Source of the DNA: Clostridia bacterium
Lineage (GTDB): Bacteria > Bacillota > Clostridia > Oscillospirales > CAG-272
DNA: 56,107 nucleotides
Direction: 5' to 3'
Assembly (NCBI GenBank): GCA_017505745.1
Contig: JAFVOP010000112.1
Span: 1-56,107, forward strand
Shown: positions 7,145-16,520 of the stretch, piece after piece
Numbering within the stretch: position 1 is the stretch's first letter
Layout: each line of letters begins with the position of its first letter
Program-made: the position numbers and the translations under genes
Notes under the pieces: generated by a model
Seen by the model: the letters and a program-made list of their open reading frames with translations, nothing else
Told to the model about the DNA's origin: nothing
Databases searched by the model: none

Positions 7145-7225
7145 TTCATATTGCACTATCGGCGCAATACATCACTATGGCGAAGCCATAACATCACCGC
7201 GGCTCGCCGCGACTTCATGTTTGAC
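7145..7225. repeat. Array B, a second copy of the same hairpin-unit repeat family (ACATCAC spacers)
   Basis: ACATCAC occurs at 7169 and 7191, and ACTTCAT at 7212. The hairpins are tatggc-gaa-gccata and cgcggc-tc-gccgcg. The array ends in catgTTTGACtctAACAAG, which resembles the array A end catcatTTGACaaACAAG. Confidence 0.7.
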
Positions 7226-7270
7226 TCTAACAAGTCCCCAAAAAACAACTGTAAGGGAGAAAATAATTCC

Positions 7271-7744
7271 ATGAAGCTCTTATTCAAGCAACGTTTTTTC
7301 TCATGGTTTGATAGCTATGATATCTATGACGAAGCCGGGAATACGGTTTTTACGGTAAAGGGAGAGCTTGCCTGGGGGCATCTTTTGCGAATCTACGATG
7401 CACAGGAGTGGGAGGTTGGTTACATCAAAGAAAAATTTTTCAGCTGGCTTCCCCGATTTGAGATGTATGTGGGAGAAACCTGCATTGGCAGCATTACCAA
7501 AGAATTTACCTTTTTCAAGCCCAAATTTCAAATTGACTGCAACGGCTGGCAGGTAGACGGCAATTGGCTTGAATGGGATTATGAAATTTTAAATGCTTCC
7601 GGAGAAAAAATTGCCGACGTATCCAAGGAATTGTGGAATTGGACCGATACCTATACCATTGACGTCAGTGATCCAAAGGATACCCTTTTGGCATTGATGT
7701 TGGTCCTTGCAATCGATGCGGAAAAGTGCTCGCGCGAGGATTGA
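7271..7744 (+). CDS. LURP-one-related / DUF567 (tubby C-terminal-like) family protein
   Basis: The 157 aa from 'MKLLFKQRFFSWFDSYDIYDEAGNTVFTVKGE' show the typical repeated beta-strand pattern 'F.I.D..G..V' and the C-terminal helix 'LLALMLVLAID'. A GGGAG RBS is present. The track ORF start at 7151 is not used. Confidence 0.65.
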   Translation: MKLLFKQRFFSWFDSYDIYDEAGNTVFTVKGELAWGHLLRIYDAQEWEVGYIKEKFFSWLPRFEMYVGETCIGSITKEFTFFKPKFQIDCNGWQVDGNWLEWDYEILNASGEKIADVSKELWNWTDTYTIDVSDPKDTLLALMLVLAIDAEKCSRED

Positions 7745-7888
7745 AGGCTTTGTTTCCGATTCCCCCATAAAACAGAATAAAAAAAATTAGATTTATTTTC
7801 CTTTTTTTCAAAAAAAGGATTCCATTTTTTTAAAAAGTATGATATAATAAAGATGTTATATTGTTTACATAACAGGAGGACGAAAAAA

Positions 7889-8311
7889 ATGGCTATCAAA
7901 ATGAGAATTCTGTATGCCTCGAACAAATCCAAGATCAAAAATATTGCAAATGCAATCAAGGCACAGTATGATCTGGCCTTTAACTCTGTGGACGTAATTC
8001 CCCCCGCATATTCCTGCGACAAGGAAAGAATTGTCGTTTTGGCAATTTCCGGAAAAGGCGCTCCCAGCGATTCCCTGCGTTTGTTCTGCCGCGAGCTGAA
8101 CAAGTCCCGCGCGCAAAACGTAGCGCTTTTGATCGACGGCGATGAAAAACTGGCTAACAGTCTCAAGGAAACCCTTGCAGAAGCCGGAACCAACGTATAT
8201 GACGAGGTTTTGTACGTCAAGGGTGGACTTCCCTTCCTTGGCTCGGTAAAGCCCGAGGAAAAGGCAGAAGTGTTTGCGTGGATTGACCGTGTGATCGCAA
8301 ATCTGAAGTAA
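7889..8311 (+). CDS. Hypothetical protein (a flavodoxin-like alpha/beta fold is suspected)
   Basis: The 140 aa start at 'MAIKMRILYAS' with an AGGAGG RBS. The beta-alpha pattern resembles flavodoxin, but the FMN loop is not canonical. Confidence 0.55.
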   Translation: MAIKMRILYASNKSKIKNIANAIKAQYDLAFNSVDVIPPAYSCDKERIVVLAISGKGAPSDSLRLFCRELNKSRAQNVALLIDGDEKLANSLKETLAEAGTNVYDEVLYVKGGLPFLGSVKPEEKAEVFAWIDRVIANLK

Positions 8312-8327
8312 AAAGCACAAAAAAAGA

Positions 8328-8360
8328 TGAGGATACGAAAAAATCGTATCCTCTCTTTTT
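8328..8360. terminator. Bidirectional intrinsic terminator
   Basis: The stem gaggatacga / tcgtatcctc is followed by a T-run at 8355-8360 and preceded by an A-run. It sits between convergent genes. Confidence 0.75.
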
Positions 8361-8369
8361 TGTTATTTA

Positions 8370-11300
8370 TCAGAAAATCATCGTTAACTGATCGGTTTCG
8401 TTCACGTTGTCCAAAACGCCGTTGGCGCGAAGCATATCAATCACCGATTTACTGAGCTTGGCTCGGATCTGGAGATCCTCCACCGAGAAGAAAGGCTCCT
8501 CCTCACGCGCGGCAATGATATTTTTCGCGGCATTTTCGCCAAGTCCGGGCAAGGAAGAAAACGGCATACGGATCCCTCCGTTTTCGGGTTGAAAAACGTA
8601 AGCATGCGATTTTTGAAGATCCACGGGAAGGAATCGGATCTTTCGCGCCATGGCCTCGTTGATCAGCTGCAGCACCGTAATACTTGCCTGCTCCTTGGGA
8701 GAGGCCTCCTTGCCGCGCCGCTGAATATCCCGCATCGTTGCCACAACAACGCCCTTGCCGCCCCGTACAACCGTTGCGTCAAAGCCCGTGGGGGCCACGG
8801 TGAACATGGTGCAATAAAAGGCAACCGGTTGATGCACCTTATACCAAGCCAGGCGAATCGCAGACATGACATATGCCGCCGCATGCGCCTTTGGAAAGAG
8901 GTACTTGATCTTTTTACAGGACAGAATATACCATTCCGGCACGTTATGCGCGCGCATATCAGCCTCCCATTCGGGCGTTAATCCTTTGCCCTTGCGCACG
9001 GCCTCCATGATCTTAAACGCCGTAGCGTTTTCCAGGCCGTAACGGATCATATCCAGCATAATACCGTCACGGGTACCGATCACGCGGGAAATATCACAAA
9101 TGCCCTCTTTGATGAGATCCTGCGCATTTCCAAGCCACACGTTTGTACCGTGGGTCAAACCCGAAATCTGAAGCAGGTCGGCAAAGTTTTTGGGCTTTGC
9201 ATCCAGGAGCACCTGCTGGATAAAGGGCGTTCCAAGCTCGGGGAGTCCGTAGGTACCGATGGTACAGCCCTCAATGTCATCCGGTGTAATACCAAGCGGA
9301 GCTGTTGATTCAAAGAGCTCATACACCGAACGGTCGTTCATTGCCACGTCCAATACCGATGTATTGGTAAAGGTCTCCAGCCATTTGTATTTGGTTGGCA
9401 TATCGTGTCCCAGCTCATCAAGCTTGAGGATGGTATCGTGCAGATAAGAAAACGCAAAGTGCGTGGTGATGGTATCCGAATTGGGATCATCCGCCGGATG
9501 CTGAACAGGCGTAAAATCATATACGTCCTTATTCTGCGGTACAACAATGATTCCGCCCGGATGCTGGCCCGTGGTCTTTTTTACACCCACGCAATTCGCA
9601 ACCAATCGGTTCATTTCCGCACGGCAAAGGCTGATCCCCTTTTGTTCCACGTATTTGGCAACGTATCCAAAGGCCGTTTTGGAGGCAAGCGTGCCAAGCG
9701 TTCCCGCACGGAACACGTGTCCCTCTCCAAAGAGCTCCTCGGTATATTTATGGACTTTTCCCTGGACATCGCCCGAGAAGTTCAGGTCGATATCGGGGGA
9801 TTTATCTCCGTAGAATCCAAGGAAGGTCTCAAACATGATATCATGTCCGTCCGCCTTGTATTTTGTTCCGCATTTCGGGCAGTTCTTGTCGGGCAGGTCA
9901 AAGCCCGAGCCAACCGAACCGTCGGTGAAAAATTCATTGTGCTTGCACTCGGGGTTGGGACAGTAGTAATGCGGCGGAAGCGGATTCACCTCAGAAATAC
10001 CCGCCATCGTTGCAACGAAGGAGGAACCGACCGATCCGCGCGAGCCAACCAGATATCCCTGCTTCTCGCTGTACTCCACCAGACGCTGGGCAATCAAGTA
10101 TAGCACGGCGAATCCGTTTTTGATGATCGAAGTCAATTCCCGCTCGAGACGCGCCGATACCAATTCGGGCAACGGATCTCCGTACATGCTTTTCGCGCGC
10201 GTCCAACACTTATCCTGCAGTTCTTGCTCCGCTCCATTCATTTCCGGCGTAAAGGAGCCTTCGGGGATCGGGCGGATCTTTTCAATTTGATCCGCGATAA
10301 GATTTGTGTTAATCACCACAACCTCGTACGCCTTCTCTTCTCCCAGATAGGAGAATTCCTCCAACATTTCCTCGGTGGTACGGAAATAGATTCCAACGTC
10401 CTTATCGTAATCCTTGTATTTCATACCCGCAAGAAGGATCTTGCGATAGAGCTCGTCCTCACGGTTGAGAAAATGCGCGTCACAGGTGGCGCATACGGGC
10501 TTGTGATATTTCTCCCCCAGCTCCACCACACGGCGGTTCAGATCCCGCAAGCCCTCCTCGTCTGCAATTTTATCCTCGGCAATGAGGAAACGGTTGTTGC
10601 AGATCGGTTGGATCTCCAAGTAATCGTAGAAGTTGACGATCTCCTCGATTTCGGATTCGGGACGGTTTTCCAGTATGGCGCACATCAGTTCGCCGGCCTC
10701 ACAGGCCGAACCAACGATCAATCCCTCGCGGTGCTTTTCCAACACCGTTTTGGGGATGCGAGGAAAACGCTTGTAATAATCCAGATAGCTCATGGAAATG
10801 AGCTTATACAGGTTCTTCAATCCTGTCAGATTTTTTACAAGAAGGATCTGATGGTACGGTTTGAGCTTGAGCGGATCGGCTTTTTCGGTCATTTCCTTAT
10901 GCAGATGATGCAGATCGCGGATATCCATTTTCTGCATGATCTCAATCATGTGGAAGTAGATCATTGCAAGCATTTCGGCATCGTCACAGGCTCTGTGATG
11001 GTTGAATTCTCCCAAATTATAAGCCGCCGCAATCGTATCCAGCTTGTGATTCTTCAGCTCGGGATTGATGTATTTGGAAAGCGCCACCGTATCCAGATAA
11101 GGATTTTGGAACGGAAGCCCCGAAAGCTTTGCAAAATGGCGGATAAATCCAATATCAAAATTGGCGTTATGCGCAATCAGAAGCGGCTTGTTTGTCTTGG
11201 TTTCATCCTCATTTCCAATAAATTCGAAAAAGCTCTTCAAAGCATCCGCCACCTTGGGCGCATCTGCTACCATTTCATTGGTGATGCCGGTCAGCTTTAC

Positions 11301-12821
11301 GATCTCCTCGGGAATCGGCACCTCCGGATTGACAAACGTGTTGAAGCGATCCAATACCTCTCCGTTTTTGATCTTTACCGCGCCAATCTCGGTGATCTTG
11401 CAGTTTTGCACCGAAAGGCCGGTGGTCTCAATGTCAAAAACCACGCATTCTGCAGTAAAATCGGGATCACAGATTCCGGAAACCGCACCGGAGGTGTTGT
11501 TGACAAAGTAGGCCTCCATTCCGTACAGAACCTTAAAGGGGCTATCCTTATCGGTATTCTTTTCCAATGCGATCATCGCCTCGGGAAAGGCTTGTACGTT
11601 TCCGTGGTCAGTAATTGCCACTGCCGGGTGTCCCCATTTAAGCGCAGTCTTTACTGCTACGTCAGGCGGGATCAAGGCATCCATGGTGGACATATTGGTA
11701 TGCAGGTGCAACTCCACACGCTTCTTGGGAGCATTATCCTTGCGTACTCGCTTGGATATTTTGGCAATGTCCGTATAGAAGAACGTATAATCCACATCGG
11801 TCCGACCTTTGCGCGTCATGTGCTTTACATACCCGCGCATGGCAACCACGCTGCCATCCTTGATCAGTCCGCAGATCTGATCTGCGTCCTCGGCTTCCAT
11901 TCCAAACGTGCGATGCTCGATCGAAGCATTTCCGTCAAAAATATCAAAGCTGATATCAAATTTATCGCCGGAACGGCTTTCTTCTCTGGTGAAATTGGAA
12001 ATCTCACCAAGAATCACAATATTTCGTTGCGGCTTTTCCAGCGATGCGATGGCAATGGGTTCAATCGAAAAGGCGTCGCCATAGACGTATTCCGGCGAGG
12101 AAATATCAAATTCCAGGGTTCCAATGCGGCAAACACCGTCTTTGATCTCGGGAACTGCAACCTCCTGATAGATCGATGCCGCGCGCGGAAGCATCTCCTC
12201 TTCTTCTGCAACCGTGGGCTGCATATGTACCTGCGCTTGCTGCGTGCGGTGATACTCCACCTCAGCAGCCGCTGCCATTTTTCCAAGATCACTTAATTGC
12301 TGATCCACTGAGCTGCGAAGCTGCGAGGGATCGTAATTCTCCATCCGATGGATCTCCACACGGATTTTCACTCCAAACTCATCCATCACGATCTCTTCCA
12401 TCAACTGAGGGGTCTTGGCGTCATAGATCAAATCCACGCCGCCATTGGAAAACGGGATCTCCACCGTAAGCATATCCCCGCGCAACCGATATTCGCAATG
12501 ATTAAAAAAGCCGTTTGCAACAATTCCGCGGCGATTGGTTTCCGTCAACAGATCGGGAATCCGTTCCTCATCGAACAATGCAGAGGGATACTGTGGGCGC
12601 AACCATACGCGGTTGAGCTCATACGCACGTCGAATCTCTTCTTCTATGCGGTATAGGATCCTTTTGGGAATGACGCGCGGAAAAGCCGCCGAGGCTTCGA
12701 TCATCCGCTGTGGCTTGTCCGCACGCAATTTGATGGTCTCAGGGTCGGCGGAAGCTAAGATCTCCGCATATTCGGCAGAAGGAGAATATCGGTTAAATAT
12801 TTCCAATAGGTTTTTGCTCAT
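8370..12821 (-). CDS. polC: DNA polymerase III alpha subunit, PolC type
   Basis: 1483-aa ORF. It contains a PHP domain ('VELHLHTNMS'), the inserted DnaQ-like exonuclease ('VVFDIETTGL', 'HRACDDAEM'), a zinc module ('CPNPECKH..CPKCG') and the polymerase core. Confidence 0.95.
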   Translation of the reverse strand: MSKNLLEIFNRYSPSAEYAEILASADPETIKLRADKPQRMIEASAAFPRVIPKRILYRIEEEIRRAYELNRVWLRPQYPSALFDEERIPDLLTETNRRGIVANGFFNHCEYRLRGDMLTVEIPFSNGGVDLIYDAKTPQLMEEIVMDEFGVKIRVEIHRMENYDPSQLRSSVDQQLSDLGKMAAAAEVEYHRTQQAQVHMQPTVAEEEEMLPRAASIYQEVAVPEIKDGVCRIGTLEFDISSPEYVYGDAFSIEPIAIASLEKPQRNIVILGEISNFTREESRSGDKFDISFDIFDGNASIEHRTFGMEAEDADQICGLIKDGSVVAMRGYVKHMTRKGRTDVDYTFFYTDIAKISKRVRKDNAPKKRVELHLHTNMSTMDALIPPDVAVKTALKWGHPAVAITDHGNVQAFPEAMIALEKNTDKDSPFKVLYGMEAYFVNNTSGAVSGICDPDFTAECVVFDIETTGLSVQNCKITEIGAVKIKNGEVLDRFNTFVNPEVPIPEEIVKLTGITNEMVADAPKVADALKSFFEFIGNEDETKTNKPLLIAHNANFDIGFIRHFAKLSGLPFQNPYLDTVALSKYINPELKNHKLDTIAAAYNLGEFNHHRACDDAEMLAMIYFHMIEIMQKMDIRDLHHLHKEMTEKADPLKLKPYHQILLVKNLTGLKNLYKLISMSYLDYYKRFPRIPKTVLEKHREGLIVGSACEAGELMCAILENRPESEIEEIVNFYDYLEIQPICNNRFLIAEDKIADEEGLRDLNRRVVELGEKYHKPVCATCDAHFLNREDELYRKILLAGMKYKDYDKDVGIYFRTTEEMLEEFSYLGEEKAYEVVVINTNLIADQIEKIRPIPEGSFTPEMNGAEQELQDKCWTRAKSMYGDPLPELVSARLERELTSIIKNGFAVLYLIAQRLVEYSEKQGYLVGSRGSVGSSFVATMAGISEVNPLPPHYYCPNPECKHNEFFTDGSVGSGFDLPDKNCPKCGTKYKADGHDIMFETFLGFYGDKSPDIDLNFSGDVQGKVHKYTEELFGEGHVFRAGTLGTLASKTAFGYVAKYVEQKGISLCRAEMNRLVANCVGVKKTTGQHPGGIIVVPQNKDVYDFTPVQHPADDPNSDTITTHFAFSYLHDTILKLDELGHDMPTKYKWLETFTNTSVLDVAMNDRSVYELFESTAPLGITPDDIEGCTIGTYGLPELGTPFIQQVLLDAKPKNFADLLQISGLTHGTNVWLGNAQDLIKEGICDISRVIGTRDGIMLDMIRYGLENATAFKIMEAVRKGKGLTPEWEADMRAHNVPEWYILSCKKIKYLFPKAHAAAYVMSAIRLAWYKVHQPVAFYCTMFTVAPTGFDATVVRGGKGVVVATMRDIQRRGKEASPKEQASITVLQLINEAMARKIRFLPVDLQKSHAYVFQPENGGIRMPFSSLPGLGENAAKNIIAAREEEPFFSVEDLQIRAKLSKSVIDMLRANGVLDNVNETDQLTMIF

Positions 12822-13912
12822 AACCGCTTCCCGTCTTTCAGAAGACGAATTTCCGAAATCAAGCGATCGATCACGGCGTCCTCGGGAATTTTCTCCACGA
12901 TCTCACCGTGACGGAACAGAACCGCTTCTCCGATTCCACCCGCGATTCCCACATCGGCCTCGCGCGCTTCCCCGGGACCGTTGACCACGCATCCCATAAG
13001 CGCAACCTTCACAGGAACGTCTTCAAGTCCTGCTTCCTTGACCGCCTCCTCAAAGCGCTTTACCAAGGGGATCAGATCAATTTTCGTGCGGGAACACGTG
13101 GGACAGCTGACAATGTCCATTCCGCTCTGCCCTTCGATGCCTACTGCGCGCAGGATCTTCTTAGCAGCGGCAACCTCCAAAACGGGATCGTCGGTAAGAG
13201 ACACGCGCAGAGTATCCCCAATGCCGTCGCAAAGCATCGAGCCAATGCCGATCGCGCTCTTGATCATGCCGCGGTCCCCTCCACCTGCCTCAGTGACTCC
13301 AAGATGGATCGCATAAGGGCAAGACTCTGCCAACAATCGGTTTGCCGCGATCATATCCGGCACCGTGGAGGCCTTGATCGATAACACGGTATCGTAAAAA
13401 TCAAATTTTTCAAGCAAGGACGCATGATAAAGCGCGCTTTCACAAAGGGCCGCCGGTGTAGGAGCGCCGTGCTTCGCTAAAATATGCTTTTCAAGGGATC
13501 CGCTATTCACGCCCACGCGAATCGGGATATTGCGGCTCTTACAGGCATCGCATACTGCCTTCACCCGCGCATCGTCTCCGATATTTCCGGGATTGATACG
13601 GATCTTATCAAATCCAAGCTCCGCGCAGCGTAAGGCGATCTTATAGTCAAAATGAATGTCCGCAACGATCGGAATTTGGATGCCGGCATCCTTGATCTTC
13701 AAAATCGTTTCCGCTGCGTCAAGTGTGGGAACCGATACGCGAACAATGTCACATCCCTTTTCCTCCATCGCGCGGATCTGCGCAACGGTAGCCTCGGCGT
13801 TTAAGGTATCGGTGTTCGTCATGGATTGGATTGCAATCGGGTTCTCCCCGCCAATCTTGCAATTGCCGATCTGCACTTCTTTGCTTTTTCTTCTGATCTC
13901 GTTATACTTCAT
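12818..13912 (-). CDS. ispG: 4-hydroxy-3-methylbut-2-enyl diphosphate synthase
   Basis: 364-aa ORF with 'IAIQSMTNTDT', 'RVSVP', 'IPIVADIHFDY', 'RINPGNIG' and 'SCPTCSRT'. Its stop overlaps the polC start. Confidence 0.9.
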   Translation of the reverse strand: MKYNEIRRKSKEVQIGNCKIGGENPIAIQSMTNTDTLNAEATVAQIRAMEEKGCDIVRVSVPTLDAAETILKIKDAGIQIPIVADIHFDYKIALRCAELGFDKIRINPGNIGDDARVKAVCDACKSRNIPIRVGVNSGSLEKHILAKHGAPTPAALCESALYHASLLEKFDFYDTVLSIKASTVPDMIAANRLLAESCPYAIHLGVTEAGGGDRGMIKSAIGIGSMLCDGIGDTLRVSLTDDPVLEVAAAKKILRAVGIEGQSGMDIVSCPTCSRTKIDLIPLVKRFEEAVKEAGLEDVPVKVALMGCVVNGPGEAREADVGIAGGIGEAVLFRHGEIVEKIPEDAVIDRLISEIRLLKDGKRL

Positions 13913-15306
13913 AGTGCTATAATATCCTTCACCAAAATAATAAATGCCAATGCGAGCAAAATGATCAAACCGATAAAATTGATCGTAGCCTCCAGTTCTT
14001 TTTTCATGGGCTTGCGACGAATCACCTCGATAAAATAGATCAACAAATGACCGCCGTCAAGCGCGGGAAACGGAAGCAGATTCATCACGCCAAGATTGAT
14101 GGAGATCACCGTAACCAGGTAAAGCACGTTTTCCCAGCCTACCTTGGCAACCTCGGAGATCGTTTTCGTAATTCCTACAGGGCCTGAAACAGCTTCCATT
14201 CCATAACGTCCCGAGAAAAGCCCTCCAAGCGAATCAAACACCATTTTTACGGTAGATACCGAGCGGAACCAGGTGTGCTTGAGAATCGTTCCCAAATGGA
14301 AGTTTTCTTCGGGATACACGCGAAAATCCATATTGCCAAATACCGCGCCGCTCTCTTCGTAAGAAGGAAAGATCACGTTTTTAAGGACTTCCTGCTCGCC
14401 GTTTCGCAAAACAGTCAGCTGCACCGGCCGGTATCCCTGATTGGAAATCTCATAAACCAGCTCATTTGCGGTATGGACCCGCACGCGGTTCACCTTTAAA
14501 ACAACGTCTCCGATCAACAGGCCTGCCTGTTCACTGAGTGAGGAGGTAAAAGCGGATGCCATTTGAGTGTCACTCAAAACTACGTCCGAAAGCTCCACGA
14601 TAACCGTATCGGTTTTGTCTTCGTTCCAGCGTTCCACAAGAATTTTAAACGAATCCCCATTCTTTTGGGCAACCAGCTCCTTCATCTGCGCAAAGGAGAC
14701 CACCGGGTTTTCGTCAAGCATCAATACATAGTCTCCGTTTTGCAGTCCACCATAGGATTCCTCTGCGCTGTACACCACGTGAAATTCCGCCACCGTGGTA
14801 TTTCCCAAAGTCCCCTTTCCGGAAACGGCAATGATCACCAGCATCAGTACAAAGCCGAGCAAAACGTTCATTGCGGGCCCCGCAAGAGAAATCAGGATAC
14901 GCTTCCACACGCTTTGATTGCAATAGGCGTGCTTGGCCTCCTCTTCACTCAAATACAGCGTATCCGTATCCCCGGAGGGTTCCTTTGTGTCCTCTCCCTC
15001 GGATTGCAGAAAGATCGGTGTTTCCGTTTTCTCCTCCGATTCATTGGACGTGGGCTGCTCCCCCTGCACAATTTCCATTCCGCCTTCTCCAAGCATGCTG
15101 ACAAAGCCGCCAATCGGCAACAAACGGATCGCATATTTCGTGCCCGATCGCTTAGACGTCCATCCAAAAAGCTTCGGTCCCATTCCGATGGCAAATTCCA
15201 ACACCTTTACTCCACACAAACGAGCGACGAGAAAGTGCCCCAATTCATGAATGAAAATCAAAACACCAAAAATAAAGACCGCAAGCAAAATATACAAAAA
15301 ATTCAA
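13909..15306 (-). CDS. rseP: RIP zinc metalloprotease RseP/RasP family
   Basis: 465-aa ORF with 'HELGHF' in TM1, a PDZ-like region and 'LLPFPALDGGHL'. An acidic insertion follows the first TM region. Confidence 0.85.
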   Translation of the reverse strand: MNFLYILLAVFIFGVLIFIHELGHFLVARLCGVKVLEFAIGMGPKLFGWTSKRSGTKYAIRLLPIGGFVSMLGEGGMEIVQGEQPTSNESEEKTETPIFLQSEGEDTKEPSGDTDTLYLSEEEAKHAYCNQSVWKRILISLAGPAMNVLLGFVLMLVIIAVSGKGTLGNTTVAEFHVVYSAEESYGGLQNGDYVLMLDENPVVSFAQMKELVAQKNGDSFKILVERWNEDKTDTVIVELSDVVLSDTQMASAFTSSLSEQAGLLIGDVVLKVNRVRVHTANELVYEISNQGYRPVQLTVLRNGEQEVLKNVIFPSYEESGAVFGNMDFRVYPEENFHLGTILKHTWFRSVSTVKMVFDSLGGLFSGRYGMEAVSGPVGITKTISEVAKVGWENVLYLVTVISINLGVMNLLPFPALDGGHLLIYFIEVIRRKPMKKELEATINFIGLIILLALAFIILVKDIIAL

Positions 15307-15339
15307 AATTAAGCTCCTTTAAAAAGCGAATCCGCAAGA

Positions 15340-16512
15340 TTACAGATTCAAAAATTCATTTGCAAGCCTTCTTGCGGCGCTGTCAAAAGCGAAAATATCC
15401 TCAATAGAAGAACTGTTTTTCGCATCCTCCAAAGCTTCAACCGTTTTTGTAACAACGTCAAAGATCCCCGTAAAGCTCAGCTTTTCCTGTAAAAACGCGC
15501 CAACCGCTACCTCGTTCGCCGCGTTGAGCACCGCCGGAACCGCGCCGCCCTTGGCAATCGAATCCAGCGCCAGCTGCAACAAAACAAAGGTCTCGGTATC
15601 CGGCTTGGCAAAGGTCATGCGGCCCACCTTCGTCAGATCCAATTGCGGAATGACCGCTTCGGTGCGACCGGGATGGGTAAGCGCATACTGCACGCATAGG
15701 CGCATATCAGGAACCGACATTTGCGCGATCACACTGTTATCTATATATTCAATTGCCGAATGCATTATGCTTTCCCGATGTACCAAAACCTCGATCTGCT
15801 CGGGAGTCACGTCAAACAGATGTACCGCCTCAATCACCTCAAAGCCCTTGTTCATCAACGTTGCACTATCGACGGTAATCTTGGCCCCCATATTCCACGT
15901 GGGGTGTGCCAAAGCCCGTGCAGGCGTGATCTGCTGCAATTCCTCGCGCTTCATTCCGTAGAAAGGGCCACCCGATGCCGTGAGCAGGATCCGCTTAATG
16001 GCCTTTTTATTCCCCGAACGCAAGCATTGAAAGATTGCACTGTGCTCACTGTCCACGGGTAAGATCTCACTGTTTTTTTCTTTTGCGAGCTTCATCACAA
16101 ATTCACCCGCACAAACCAAGGACTCTTTGTTGGCAAGCGCCAGCTTTTTACCGGCAGAAAGTGTGGCGAGCGTTGGCTTTAGCCCTGCCTCCCCGATGAC
16201 CGAATTGACCACAACCTCCTCGGGATCGTACTGCTCGGAAATCATGTCACAAATTCCTTCGGTTCCGGCATACACGCGCACTGCGGTATCTGCTAACCGT
16301 ACACGGAGCTCCTTTGCCGCCTCTTCATCTGCCATTGCACACGCAGAAACGCGCAACTGTCTCGCCTGCTGCTCTACGCGCGCTGCATTTCGGTTTGCGC
16401 ACAGTGCATTGACGCGAATCTGATTTTGGAGTGCAACGTCGATTGCCTGCTCTCCCACCGAGCCGGTGGAGCCCAAAATCGTCAGGGATGGATAAATTGT
16501 TGTATTCGTCAT
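15340..16512 (-). CDS. dxr: 1-deoxy-D-xylulose-5-phosphate reductoisomerase
   Basis: 390-aa ORF with 'ILGSTGSVG', 'LANKESLV', 'PVDSEHSAIFQ' and 'HPTWNMGAKITVDSATLMNKG'. Confidence 0.95.
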   Translation of the reverse strand: MTNTTIYPSLTILGSTGSVGEQAIDVALQNQIRVNALCANRNAARVEQQARQLRVSACAMADEEAAKELRVRLADTAVRVYAGTEGICDMISEQYDPEEVVVNSVIGEAGLKPTLATLSAGKKLALANKESLVCAGEFVMKLAKEKNSEILPVDSEHSAIFQCLRSGNKKAIKRILLTASGGPFYGMKREELQQITPARALAHPTWNMGAKITVDSATLMNKGFEVIEAVHLFDVTPEQIEVLVHRESIMHSAIEYIDNSVIAQMSVPDMRLCVQYALTHPGRTEAVIPQLDLTKVGRMTFAKPDTETFVLLQLALDSIAKGGAVPAVLNAANEVAVGAFLQEKLSFTGIFDVVTKTVEALEDAKNSSSIEDIFAFDSAARRLANEFLNL

Positions 16513-16520
16513 AATTCACC

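Noticed and set aside
10224-12296. A 690-aa open reading frame on the plus strand, entirely inside polC.
   Set aside because: It is a codon-aligned antisense shadow of a gene with unmistakable PolC motifs. Its translation is low-complexity with no recognisable domain, start context or RBS. The same phenomenon recurs across the window, which indicates that sense-strand avoidance of TTA, CTA and TCA codons keeps the antisense frame open.
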